DNA of 64,000 bases, from the NCBI RefSeq assembly GCF_006345805.1, contig NW_021833018.1:62001-126000 (forward strand). The letters are read 5' to 3'. A program made the position numbers and the translations under genes. Position 1 is the stretch's first letter. The number at the start of each line of letters is the position of its first letter. Shown in pieces: positions 47,954-62,198 of the stretch. The notes beneath the pieces were generated by a model. The model ran no database searches. It was not told the origin of the DNA and saw nothing but the letters and a program-made list of their open reading frames with translations. Source of the stretch: Octopus sinensis. Lineage: Eukaryota.

Positions 47954-49395
47954 CAGTGCTCGTCAAAAAAAATTGCTCAGCCATTTTTTCATGCTTTTAT
48001 TGACAAATTAATAAAAAATTTAATCTTACACTTCATTTTTTATTCTAATTCTTAAATATAATAATTTATTAATGCGATTTTATTTCAATATAAGGAATTT
48101 AAAGCATAAAAATTTAAATCTCGTGACAAAAAACATTGCTCACTTTTCTTGTTATTGCATATGCCACGTTCTCCCAAGAAACAGTTAACTGAATTTAAAA
48201 AAGGGATGATTATTGCGTACTTTAAAGAGGGTAAATCAATCAGAGAAATCTCAAAAATACTTAATTTGCCGTATTCCACAATTTCATTTAATATTCGAAA
48301 ATTTCGAGAATTTGGAACACTGCATCGGAGACCGGGCTCAGGACGTCTTCCGAAACTAAGTTCCCCCCAAATACAATTTTTATGTAATGAAACCGAATCA
48401 CATCCTACATTGTTGGCAGTGGATTTGTCCAACAAAACTAAAGAAACTTTCAATATTGATGTTTCCCCTAGGACAATTCTGAGAACTTTGAATAAAAATG
48501 GGGTATATTGTCGTGTAGCAAAAAGAAAGCCATTGCTTTCTCAAAAAATATCATTTCGAGATGGTCTGCGTCACTACGATTTTTATCGATATCTGATAGT
48601 ACATGGAAATCGGTGATATTCTCAGATGAGTCAATGTTCGATGTTTTTAACAACAGAAAACATCAGCTTGTTTACAGAAAAAATAAAACGGAGTTAAAAA
48701 ATGCACATTTGCTGCCGACTGTTAAGTTCGGATTAGGGAGAGTTATGATTTGGGGCTGTATATCGTATAGTGGTGTAGGCAATTTGGTTTTTATCGTAGA
48801 AACTATGAACTCTGGATATTATATAACTTTACTGTCTAATAATCTGGACCAATCAGCTGAAAAAATGGGCTTATCCTCGTTTATTTTTCAACAGGATAAT
48901 GCTTCATGCCATACATCTCGTATGGTTAAGGCATATTTCGAGACCAAAAAATATATTATTCTTGATTGGCCATCGCAATCACCGGATCTTAACCCAATAG
49001 AGCATGTATGGTGCTTTATGAAAAGAGAATTAGCTAAAAATCCCCCGAAAAGTAAAAAGGATCTAAAGACAAATATTATGAAAATTTGGCAGTCAATTCC
49101 TAAAAGTTTTTTACAAAACTTAGTAAATTCAATGAGAAAAAGGAGTTATTCTTTATATTTAGCAAGGGGAGGACATATTAATTACTGATAATGAGATTTC
49201 CAAATTTGTGCTAATGTTTTTTGTCTTGCAATTTTTTGTTTTGTTTAAGTTTGTAAATAAAAAAGAAAAATTTTATTATAAAAATTAAGGTATAATAATA
49301 AAATACTACTTAAAGATGTTTACAAAAAAAATAAATCAGAATAATGCTATATAAAGACATAAACATTGGTGAGCAATTTTTTTTGACGACCACTG
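47954..49395 (+). mobile_element. Full-length Tc1 (DD34E) element, family A, with one frameshift in an A-run
   Basis: TIRs with TA TSD; ORFs 48161-48616 and 48508-49188 overlap; IFSDES, FQQD-x34-E. Confidence 0.97.
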
Positions 49396-49439
49396 TATGC
49401 TTATGAATATTGATTTATTCACACTTGTATTTTTCACGT

Positions 49440-50100
49440 CCTCAATTTTTGATAAAACCCCAAAACTAATTTGGGAGAGAATAATCCGTCCTCAATCCAG
49501 CTTGGGGTATCAAAAATTGACTCCACGTGAAATACAACGAGTGGTTGATCGTATCTATTATTCTCCTTCATCAAAAAGACAAATTGAAACATAGCAACGA
49601 TTACGCAAGAAAAGTCCCAAAATTAATGAATTTGTTTATATTTTAATACAAATAATCTCTTTTAGAATAAAAGATTGTGTTCTAAACAAAGACCAGTTAA
49701 AGAATCTGATTGAAGACAAATTTCCTTAATAGTTTGAATTGTAATAGTTTACTGGAGTGGACGTTGTCGGGACCACAGGAAAAACAAGGGTTTTTTATTG
49801 GAAACTAAATAGTTCTCAAAAAGCTTTTATTTAGAAACTTTTTAGTCTCAAATATTTGTAAAATGATTTCACAATTTAAGGGTTTAACACTACTTTGAGA
49901 TACCAATTGCTTTAATAAGCATCTAAAAACGTTTAAAAGGCGTCAGTGACAGACTTTTAATAATGACAGTTATCAAAATAGCAGATTTAATGGGATTTTC
50001 ACAATTCTCTTCATCATGCTATTGAAATTAGTCAATGTTCTAAAAAATCATCATAGTGAACACCGGTATCATAAATGGTAATATCGAAAATTAAGGACGA
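49440..50100 (+). mobile_element. Very decayed gypsy/Ginger integrase remnant
   Basis: GVDVVG-like and SD-like motifs in broken frames. Confidence 0.3.
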
Positions 50101-50257
50101 AAAGTCAGAATGAATAATTTGAAAAAAAGCTTTAAGCATAGATCTTATTTAAGATCAAATTTATTTTATATGAAATATAATGTAATTTATTAATTATTAT
50201 AATATTTTATTTAAATAATATTCTTTAATTTGATTGGATATTACGTTGTGATATTTT

Positions 50258-50802
50258 ATGATTAATAACGAATTGGAATTTAATCGTAAGCTATTTAAAG
50301 AAATAGTAAATAAAAAGTCTATAAATAAGTAATTTTTAAATAATAATGTTTTAGTCATTCACCCTCAAAAAATACCACTTTTTCAAACCAAAATTTGGTA
50401 TTCTGATATATTAACATAAAGTGGGATTCAAATCTTTTTCCACAACGTTCTTCAATTGAAGGCAATAACTGCGGAAATTCGCGAAGGAGTGAGGATTCCA
50501 TTCAACTATTTGGCAGATACATATCCTTTAGTGACTTGGAAGATTCTCATTCTCTGTATTCCCTAGCAAGAAGTTGGATAAACAACAAATCTGGGATTCC
50601 AACAAATAAATCGGAAATATCTGTCCAGGGTCATTTCCGTACTCATTCGACTCCAATCTCTGAAGAAAAATTAAATACGGCTATTGAACGAATTAATCAC
50701 GCCTTCTGGCATTCCGAATCACAATCCCTGCAAGATTTGAGGAGATCCTTTTTTAAATGGACCAAAAATGTGCGGACTAGTTTTTTACGCTCACATTTAT
50801 AA
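50258..50802 (+). CDS. LIN37: LIN37/Mip40-like MuvB (DREAM) subunit
   Basis: IQLFGRYISFSDLEDSHSLYSLARSWINN matches the LIN37 LF.R....LY...R.W..N motif, then KWTKNVR; two introns of 27 and 24 nt; 3' end uncertain. Confidence 0.75.
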
Positions 50803-51399
50803 TTTAATATTAAATTCTGGTCGATTTTAGTCGCTACTTTTCATTGTCAATCTGGTTAAATTTTATTTAAGTTACCTTTTGTGCCTTATTTTGAATCAGC
50901 CGCTTAACAAAACTAGTTCATGGAAACGAAGTAAGTTTATATGCATACAAATAAATTACATGCCAATCTGTTTAAAATATTTGAAAAATTATTACTAAAA
51001 AGTATTCAGAAAAAAGTAGAATGCGAAAGCATTATAATTGCGAACGAAACATTTGGTATTATAAAGAAGGTCGATTGTCAACTAGAAACAGATGAAAAGC
51101 CGTTCTCCCCAAATTGTGCTCATATCTATCTTAATTTTGGAGTGTGGGGATCGGCTAGATGCCATTTCAAAACATGAATAATGACTCCTTGGGACGTAAT
51201 ATAAATATACTTAATTATTGACGTTACATGGGTTGGTACTCTAGGCAACTTTTCAAACATCACCAATATTTCACAAATTAGATGTTTCAATCGAACTTTA
51301 TATTAAAGCACTGGATTAAGAAAGACTCTAAAACGCATGCGGATTAAGTACAGAAATTAATGGAATTCCATCTTTTATTAATTTGATATTTACTAATTA

Positions 51400-51720
51400 T
51401 TTTCGTCATACGGCATTGTCCTGTGCACTCCTCACTACCCTCTAGAATCTACAATGCCTTTGTAAAACCCGTCTTAATGTATAATTTATCTACATGGGGC
51501 ATTTCCGATACCGAACTGAGGAATCTTGACTCCTTTCACAAAAAACAGCTTCGTTTCTTAAATGGTGTACACTGGCCTTAGAAAATCAACAACTCATCCA
51601 TCTACAGGTTCAGCAACTAGGCGCCAATCAGCCGTGACATCAACAACTGCGATGACCTGGACGAACTTTGCAGGTAGCCTCAAAATCGAGGAAAGTGAAA
51701 AACGACGGTTAAGAAGGTCA
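51400..51720 (+). mobile_element. RTE-like LINE 3' fragment
   Basis: LRIYNAFVKPVLMYNLSTWG..LDSFHKKQLR. Confidence 0.75.
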
Positions 51721-52120
51721 TATCGTGTGTTGCACGTGTGTGAATATGACTTATTCTGTTTATGTTCCTACTGGAAATACTTATTTTCGTCATTAATTTG
51801 CTTGACGTATAGTGGTGAGTGCATCATAAAAATTATGTTAAAAATATTACAAATTATTTATAATTCTGGTGACTCAGCTTGGCTTTTATTATATTGAGTT
51901 TAATTATGGAAATAACTCAAATATACTTCCAAAAGGACAATTTTATGAAGGATAATTTCGCTATCAAATCAGCTGCATTCATTAAAATATATTCTACAGA
52001 AAGCATGAAAGATTTCTAATTTCTTTAATTTTCGATGTGAGAAAGAACTGATAAAACCCCGCCTACGACAAAATCCTGTTATAAAGGCAATAAATAAAAT
52101 ATTAAATGAATATTGGTTAG

Positions 52121-52638
52121 TCAAAAGGAAAAGCTCTCTCCACACCCGCAAGTCGATTTTACTGTTGGGGAGAAAAAAACAAATTCGCATCCCAGTTCAG
52201 TATAAACAAAATCAACATGAGTTCCAATAACAGGAAGAATAGCCTTGGAATCAATCACAAGACAGGACCCTGCGGGATAACGCTCAATACCCACCTTCTA
52301 GATCCACAACTTCGTCAAATTTCTCGATTTTGTCGCAATATTGCATTTTGAGTCCAAAACCGTGGCATCCCTTCCGACTTATTCCTAATTTGATATAGCC
52401 CTAGGACAAAGTTATAATTATTACTTGTTCGTTATTTAGAGACTGCAGTTCTTTGATGCGGTCAATAGCAGCCGGTGAAAGTGTAATTATTTTTTTAGAA
52501 GAATTGGGAACTGTTGTTTTATAAATTTTCACGGAGGAATATCTCAAAAATTGAAAAATTTTCAATTTGTTTTTTGCATAATTAAAAACTGTTAATCATT
52601 TTAATGAGCAAACCTTTGAACATACCAGGTGAGTTCAT
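52121..52638 (-). CDS. ISCA1: Iron-sulfur cluster assembly protein ISCA1
   Basis: ITLSPAAIDRIKEL..KGCHG..KFDEVV..IDSKA..IGTHVDF..EFVF..TCGCGESF*; three introns of 24-25 nt. Confidence 0.93.
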
Positions 52639-52756
52639 ACAACATAACTAGAAAAAATAATTTAAATTAATATTTAAAAAATCATCATTATTACTAATAA
52701 GTAAAATAAAAAAAATAAAATAATCCATTAAAAAATGATAAATATAATAATAAAAG

Positions 52757-53020
52757 TCAGGTAGCAAGTTTTTGCTCTTCTTGTTGAGTTATGGTTGCCA
52801 GTTTTTTTCCAAGACGTTCGTTGACATCAAAGTATTTCGCCACACAACGGTCAAGACAAACACCTTCTCCTTTAGTCAAATCACCCTCTTTAAAATTCGT
52901 AGAAATGCACTTTTTGGTACAAATAGCAGACATTCTAATTTGAACTAATGAAACAGTCTACTTTTGAAACATATCCGCCATCATTTCTATTTCGAGTTGC
53001 TGCATGGCACCACTGGACAT
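52757..53020 (-). CDS. TIMM10: Mitochondrial import chaperone TIM10
   Basis: LEIEMMADMFQKMSAICTKKC..EGDLTKGEGVCLDRCVAKY (twin CX3C); 27-nt intron. Confidence 0.96.
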
Positions 53021-53340
53021 GATCTGTTACACGTGAAACTAGAATGAAGCTACTTAAAAACGATAATTTAATTATTTAAAAATATCATAGTTTAAACGAA
53101 TCTAAATTAAAAAAATAAAAATTATTTTGTGTTAAAAAAGACTTTTCAGGTTTATTATCATTAATAAGGGACTTTTATATGTTTTCTTTGAGGGTGTTGA
53201 AAAATGTTTTTTTCAAATTATACTTATTAATGATGTGATTATAAAATATTTTTTAATAATTAGTAAAATTGAATACATTTTGTAATATAATAAATTCCGA
53301 TTGTCTCACGTTACAGTGATCGGTTCTGTAATAAAGTCTG

Positions 53341-55120
<1,780 letters not shown>

Positions 55121-55799
55121 GGATTTTTACTATTGCTTTTTGTTGAATTACTTTTCCGAGTTTTTTGGTACTCAAATTGTTTATTAATTCTTATTTATTA
55201 ATAAAAGTAAGGAAAAAAAGTTCACATAGTATAAATTTTCATTTCAATTAATTCTTCATTGAAATAAATAAACCGATAAACTCGGCGAAGCTTACTCCCA
55301 CGTCTCGTGATTATAAAATCAACTGTCGTAACTTTTCTATGTCGTTAAACTGTTTTCGCTGACTGTTGCAAAAGTTTCTATTTCAAAATATGAGAAAACC
55401 CTTCTTGACCAAGAATATAAACATGCAGGGTACAGAAAGAATGTTATAAAGGACTTTTATGTTAATTTACTTATTTAAGGATTCAGTTTAGGCTTTTACA
55501 TCAGACCAGGTAGTACCTAAATTAACTGATAGTCCGTAATAATCGCCTGATTTTCCTATGAAGATGCTAGTCTTCCTTTACGATACATCTGACTACCTTA
55601 AAATTTTCATCTCAGTCAAATTTTGCTAAATTATAATAAAAAGTCCCGATTGGATAAAATAATTAAATAAATCTCAAAGTTTGCATAGACCGTAACTAAG
55701 ATTACTAAATTCATCCATTTTATCCATACAAAATACTTTTTAAAACTATCAAAATTGTGTTATTTTCTAGAAAAGAAAAAAGCTAGATGTTAGCTAGAG

Positions 55800-55950
55800 T
55801 AAGTGGCTGAAAGGGTATTCGAGAGCCTAAGGGTCAGCTAAGCGACGCAGCACTCCGTTTTGAATGGCAGTTTCCGCAGAGCACGGCGACCAAGATTCGC
55901 TGAATGTGCCAGCCCGATCGTTTTTGAGGAAATTCTCCTGCCTATGTTTA
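55800..55950 (+). mobile_element. Decayed CRE-like 3' end
   Basis: GC-rich patch ending in an RGNS-like remnant and an AT-rich tail. Confidence 0.4.
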
Positions 55951-56342
55951 ATTATTAAATAGTTTGTTTTATTCTCTAGGACCAATGCTAGATTTCCGAC
56001 AGTCAAGGCTCAATTTCTTAAAGGGCTTAAAAGATATCGATATTTGGTGTACTCGAAGATAAGAATACAGTCAAACCTTTAGTGGTCCCATAAAAATTAA
56101 AAATTTCTAAAGAAACCTCTATTCCTCGCCAAATTCTAAATCTTGCCATTAGTTTTCATTATTAAGAAAAATTTTTTTTGGTTGCAACATGGGCAAGTGT
56201 ACTAGACTGAAATATGGAATTCCATTCCTGATAAATTTTGCTGTTTAAAAAAATTAGCGATTGCGAAGGTTTAAAGCTTGAATGTCATCTTATCATGTTT
56301 TTTTAATTAGTTTGCTATTTTTTGTTTCGAGCTGGTTTATTA

Positions 56343-56441
56343 ACCATTATTTATTAATAAAAGGACAAGAGAAAAATGGTCATTGGCAGATAGCCAGAGT
56401 ATTGCCTCTGACTATGGCTTTAGATATTCGTTCGGTTAAAT
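56343..56441 (-). mobile_element. ~100-bp CRE-like 3' end with TSD
   Basis: YLTERISKAIVRGNTLAICQ*; TSD AGCTGGTTTATTA at 56330-56342 and 56442-56454. Confidence 0.9.
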
Positions 56442-56519
56442 AGCTGGTTTATTAGTCAAAATAAAGAAAATAAGTTTCTATTTGAAAACATTTTTAGGAA
56501 CAACAGTTAGATAATCTAA

Positions 56520-57170
56520 TAATGTTTTTTTCTTTTTCACTGATCTTTGTTTAGTATGTTTTCGATAGTTTTTAATGCAACTATAGGCAATCATTCGAAA
56601 AATTTTCGAGCCCAACAAAAAATGTTTTGAAATTGTTGAAGATATTCACAGCATCTTTGACTTTAATTTTTAAATTTTCAGTATCTTAATTTTCGGTATC
56701 TTCTATTTCCATTTCATATTTCTCCAAGTTTTCGTCATTAAGCATGCTTTCGTCAATAAGCCGATCTTTTACTCCTAAGTCGAGCTCTAGGATTTCCTCC
56801 TGATCAGCTACATCAATAATGTTTAGTTAATTTAGTAATTCTCTGAATCCCTTGATTTCACATGAAAAATCATTCCACAATTTTTGATAGTCTTAGAAGA
56901 AATGTGACTCCAAGCATATGATGTAAAAATTACTGCATCATTTATATTAATCGGTTTAAATAGTGACTCAGCGTTCACAACATGAAAAAGTTAATAATGA
57001 TAATATCGAGACTTGAATCACTTGATTATTCCTGCGTCCAATGGCTGTATCTTGTTGAGTTTTTTGGAAGAAACAATAGCTCAATAAATTTACTGTGATA
57101 ACTAATTTTATACTTGGACAATTGTCTAAAATCAATAATATTTTTCTACTTAGCTACATATCTATATCCA
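56520..57170 (-). mobile_element. pogo/Tigger transposase remnant
   Basis: LILDNC, IQPLDAGIIK, AWSHISSKTIKNC. Confidence 0.8.
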
Positions 57171-57559
57171 TCAATCATAAATTGAATTCATTTGAAGACA
57201 TCTACAAATATTGGCCTCCAAAGAATTTGAGTCGTACAACATTTTCAGTGATGTAGATGCTTGCAATTCAATCAAATCGTCTTTAACTTCGTTTCTATCA
57301 TTTATCTTTTCCATTTTGAAAACAGATAGATTAACGATCCAGATATCAGAATCTTCGATATTTCCGAGTAGAAAATATCCATTAAATGAATTTTTTGAAC
57401 ATTCAAGATGATTGTTGATTTCTTTTTTTATATTTTTATCAAAAATAAAGTCGGAATCAATAGCAACTTTATCCAACGTTGGAAAATTGGCAAAATTATT
57501 GTCTTGAATACGGCAAATTCATAACAAAAGTTTATTCCTAAAGGCATTTTTTCTATAGT

Positions 57560-59400
57560 ATTATTTATTTATTAATAAAAGGACAAGAGAAAAATTGTCA
57601 TTGGCAAATAGCCAGAGTATTGCCTCTGACTATAGCTATACACCCCTCGACATAAATATTGGTGAATCTTCAACTTACTTCATTCATACAAAGAATGATT
57701 TAATTTTTTCTTCAGATATATTTTAAAATCTGATAAAATTGATAAAAATTAATTTAATTGTGTAAATTTTGAAATTTTGTCTAAGAAATTTGGAAAAAAC
57801 AACGACTTTCATTGGCATAAAATTTGGTTATTGTGAGATTAATATGTAGAATAACCTCCTTTTGCCGAATAGATCTCCCAACACCTTTTTTTCATTGACT
57901 CAACTAATTTTTCAAGTGTTTTTGATGGAATAGAATTCCAAATATCTAATAGATTTTCCTTCAGTGCCTGAATGTTCTCATTTTTTCTTTGCCTAATTTG
58001 AACCTTCATATAAGCCCACAAATGCTCTATCGGATTTAAATCCGGAGATTGCGAAGGCCATTCTAATTTTTTAATATTTTTTTCGCGAAAATATTGAATA
58101 ATCATTTTTGATGTATGGCAGGGAGCGTTGTCTTGTTGAAAAATATAGTCAACAATTCCCATTTTTTGTACAATTATTTTCCCTTTCATAAACGAATCGA
58201 GAGTATTATATCTAAAAATATTTTTTTATTAAGATCAATCTCTAAATACTAGCATAATTTGACGGTTTAAATTTTATAACCAATTTTTATGTCACTAACC
58301 TAATTGCCGACATGCTTTAAATTTCTTGCAATATTAAAATTTAAATCTATTTTAATTATAAATACAAAATAAATATTATTTTAGAAGATCTAAAGGATCT
58401 TAAGTATGAATTTATTCGTTTTTAAATGAAAAAAAGCAGGAAAGATTAAATAACCAAATTTTTTGTCGAGGGGTGTAGATATTCGTTCGATTAAATACCG
58501 GTGCTCACACGGGTCGCCGGTAACCCTTTCAGTTAGTGAGCCAATCCGCTGAAGTAGGGTGCGAGTAGAAGGCCCCAGTGTTCCTGACGTCTTAACAGCC
58601 AGGGAGACAAACACTCTGCCATTCCCAATTCCAGCGTATTTCTCACTCTTCCTCTTCTCAGCCCGTTCAGACGGGGCTCCCGGATTTTCGATACATAACT
58701 TGATATTCTGATTGGAAAAGGAGTTCACGCACGTGACGTCCCAAACCAGACACTTTCCCCTCTGAAATGGAAATGTGGTCATCCCATCGGGTCTTCTGCC
58801 GTCCTCTACGAAAATCCCTGCAGGTTCCAATTGTGTGTGGAATCCAGCAGTTCTGAGAGATCGACAGATGATCTGGTTCAGTTCGGAATGTCGTGAGGAA
58901 CGTCCAATTCCGTTTCAACATGAGAGGGGGTGATATCCAAACTCAGCGGCATTGGACTGCCAGGAGGGACAAAAAATTGCCACACGTCGTAGCGGCATTG
59001 GTGTTTTGCATAAACTGGTAGACCGAGGCGTAGACAGACTCCAATTCTTACGGAAATGGGAGTCCCAGCTTTTCCCATACGGCGACGCAATCATCCACAG
59101 CAAATGATTTCCTCTGTTCGTTTATTTAAGAAAGAACAGTGTCGATCATATCTCTGGACGAGAGTACTGAGGAAAAATATGCGCCGTGCGCTAAGTCTGC
59201 CGGGGTGATCAAGCCGATCTCTCCAAGGGAAATTGGAAGAGTTGCCTGTCTCCACGACTGCGTATCGAAGCTGAGGTTGAGGATGTCCTCAGTGCAAGCT
59301 CTCATGTGCTTGGAATAGTCTTCAAGAAGATCCGTTTCCTCATAGCACTGGGCCGTCTTCAAAACGTATGTTAACTTTAGAATAGATAGACAGTTCCTCA
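57560..59400 (-). mobile_element. CRE-like retrotransposon split by a Tc1 derivative
   Basis: WRQATLP, HPLSC, RPDG..WDVT, YLIERIS (58476) joins IAIVRGNTLAICQ (57640) across the Tc1 insertion. Confidence 0.9.
57641..58475 (-). mobile_element. Internally deleted Tc1 element, family C
   Basis: TIR CACCCCTCGACA at both ends with TA TSD; only the FQQDNAPCH..SPDLNPIE half is retained. Confidence 0.93.
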
Positions 59401-60649
59401 ATAAAAGGCATTTAGATTGTCAGAAGCATTAATAATGCTTATCCCTTTCCCTTGAATTGAAAGATTCAACTCGTTAAGGTGATTGAAAATGTCAGCTAAA
59501 TATGGCACAAAAATAACAAAACCAGGAGATTTGAAACAATCAAGTAGCTCAGAGTTTTTTTCAAATAGAAATTGCTTGATTTCAAGTCTGAGAATATAAA
59601 ATCTTTGTTAAAACACGACCTCTTGAAAGTCATCTAACATCAGTATGATACAAAAGAACAGTGGCGTCAGCATCATAATAAATACATAATGCTTTGAACA
59701 ATCTATGATTCAAAGCTCTTCCTCGAATAAAATTCACAATTTATGCTTCGGAAGCGTTCCTTTAATATCATACCTGACCCTTTAAGCCTTCAAACATTCG
59801 AAATCATTTCCTGAACGTTTTATTCCCTCGTGCATAACCTAAAAATGCTTGTTCAGCGTTTTATTCCCCCAATCAGGAAGCACTACTCTATGACCATTTT
59901 CAAGAAATTTTTGGTCATTCTATTTAATAGTATGAGTCATTCTATTTGAATTTATTCGTCATATTAAACATTCAACTTCTCTGTATAAATTAACTGATAC
60001 GATTTTTCATGGTTTATGTTAAATCTTTGTTTTTTAATAATAAATTAATTCTTTGATTTATGATAAAAAATTAGGAAGATCAAGAAAGTCAAAACGCCGT
60101 CATTCTATTCTGCTGCGGCGAATAAGGTTTTTGAAATAAGAGTGGATACGACAATCATAACTGATACTGCTGTCAAAAACAAGCTAAGTATCTTTGTGTG
60201 ACAAGACATGAAGCACGATCACGCTCACCGAAATTGGAATAAACTCAACAAAATCAAGTTGCTTGAAACAGGTTGAAAAAAAACATGTATAAATATGACT
60301 TTTTATAAAGTTAATTATTCATGGTGAAAAAGTGAGAATAACTCCTTGTGTGGTTAAATGAAACCGGATTGTCTCAAAATACTACAAAAGTCACTTGGAT
60401 TTTCTTTGCATAGAAAAAGGAACCAAATCATATACCTAGTCAGTCGTGCTTCGGAAGACATTAGAGAGCATGCAAGTGTATAGAAAATAACAGATAGATC
60501 TGGATTGCAGATAGAGGACCAAAGACAATTATCTATCCTGGTTTCTCTAGGAAGAGAAGGTTGTGCACAACGTGGACTCAGACAAATAAATTAACCAGTT
60601 TGATAGGAAAAGATTATTTAAATAATATTCATATTTTATTAATTTAGTA

Positions 60650-60910
60650 GGAAATGAAATCATCAATCGAGAATCTTAGACCTCCATTTTAGCGAAACGA
60701 AAGAAACGTAAGAAATATGCTGATGTCGGAAATGGCAATTTTTTGTCCCTCCTGGCAGTCCAATTAACATCCACTCGGAATTTTCTTTGGCAAATTGGGT
60801 CGCTTATGGAGAGGGTTACAGACGACCAATCTGAGAACTGTTATTTACTTAAGCGAGTCTCCCTGGCTATACTAAACCATAATTCACGGACTTTCGCCAA
60901 AACCCTTTTC
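60650..60910 (+). mobile_element. Decayed CRE-like 3' end
   Basis: KRKKYADVGNG..QIGSLMERVTDD..YLLKRVSLAIL. Confidence 0.8.
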
Positions 60911-60966
60911 CTATTTAATAAAATTAATTTATCAAAAAAATATTATAATAATTAAATTAATTCTTG

Positions 60967-61474
60967 ATGTCTGATGGTGGTCCTTCTGATTTTGAAAAAA
61001 TTCAAATTTTTAATCGAAACGAAGTATTTTTAAACAATAAACTTAAAAGTCATGTGATTCGGATATTTGGGATGACAGTGCTCTTATAAATGCTTATCAA
61101 TCTGCTCTTGGAAGGCCAAAGAAAAAAAGAAAGAATAAACTGAAAGAAAGGATCTCCAAGAAACCAAAAACCTTAACATCTGTTGATAGGAGTTAAAATT
61201 TATGTAGAATTCTGCCGACGGCCTTTCCTACGTCGAAAAAATTACGGAAATGAACGAGGCAGAGAATATAACTCCTGAATTCAGCCAGGAAAGGGAAGAT
61301 TTCTCCGAATTGAAAAAGCCAGAGATTTCCCCTCCACTCCCCCCCGATTTGATTTCCGAAGAGAGTGGTTCATTATTAGATAATTTGCTGATATCTTGGT
61401 ATATGGCTGGGTATTATGCAGGTTTTTACAAGGTCTACTGATGTCTCATATCCTCTTAGGCTTCGAAAAAGTGA
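60967..61474 (+). CDS. SMN: Survival motor neuron protein, 142 aa, with no Tudor domain
   Basis: Gemin2-binding SDIWDDSALINAY, Lys-rich stretch, PPLPP, YG box LLISWYMAGYYAGFY; introns at 61024-61049, 61182-61207 and 61433-61459. Confidence 0.93.
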
Positions 61475-62198
61475 TATCTTCTTCATTTCTCTTATTTTTT
61501 GAAACTTTTTTTTTATAAATACTGTTTTTATAAAATAATTATAACCTATAAATGCTATTCCTGCTTCAATTTTATAAGAACATTTTTGCCAAAGAACCGG
61601 AGAGAATGACTAAAGTTTTTAGATGAACAAGATTATCAAAATAGCTATTTATCTCTGTGACATAGGTCAAGCTTGAAGCACTGACTAGGCATATTAATAA
61701 TGTGAGCGATTGGTAAATATAAGACTATATAGTGTGTATTTTACCTTTCCTGCCACGACCTGTCATATGGGATCACAATGACTGTTCTGTGTGGATATAG
61801 TTATCTTAAATGATTTAATAAAGTTTGGACTGTCCAATTTGTTATTTCTTGGTTTCTAACTTTCTAGCTGACTTATTAAAATATTTGTTCAGGAATTAAA
61901 ATTAAAATTTTCTGAATAGCTAGAATTTATGATTAGTGGTATCATTAAGAAAATTATATCTCCGTAAGCTCAATTTTCTACAAGTGGTTCACTAGAATGA
62001 GGAAACTTTTTAATTTAAAGCACAAACAATGTTTTTTGACTCCGAAATCTCTCAATTGAATATTGGTATGCAATAAAGTTCCAAGAAATAGTTAATTATG
62101 CATTTCTTCAATATAGAAAGAGAAAATGCGTGTTAAGAATAATTGGCCTTATAAAGGTAACAGTACTATATAGATCAGCGAATTATATTATTCATAGA

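Noticed and set aside
56343-56441. Dispersed ~100-bp repeat (also at 42733 and 57560) that looked like a novel SINE or ncRNA
   Set aside because: It is the 3' end of the CRE family at 57560-59400, with a retrotransposition TSD.
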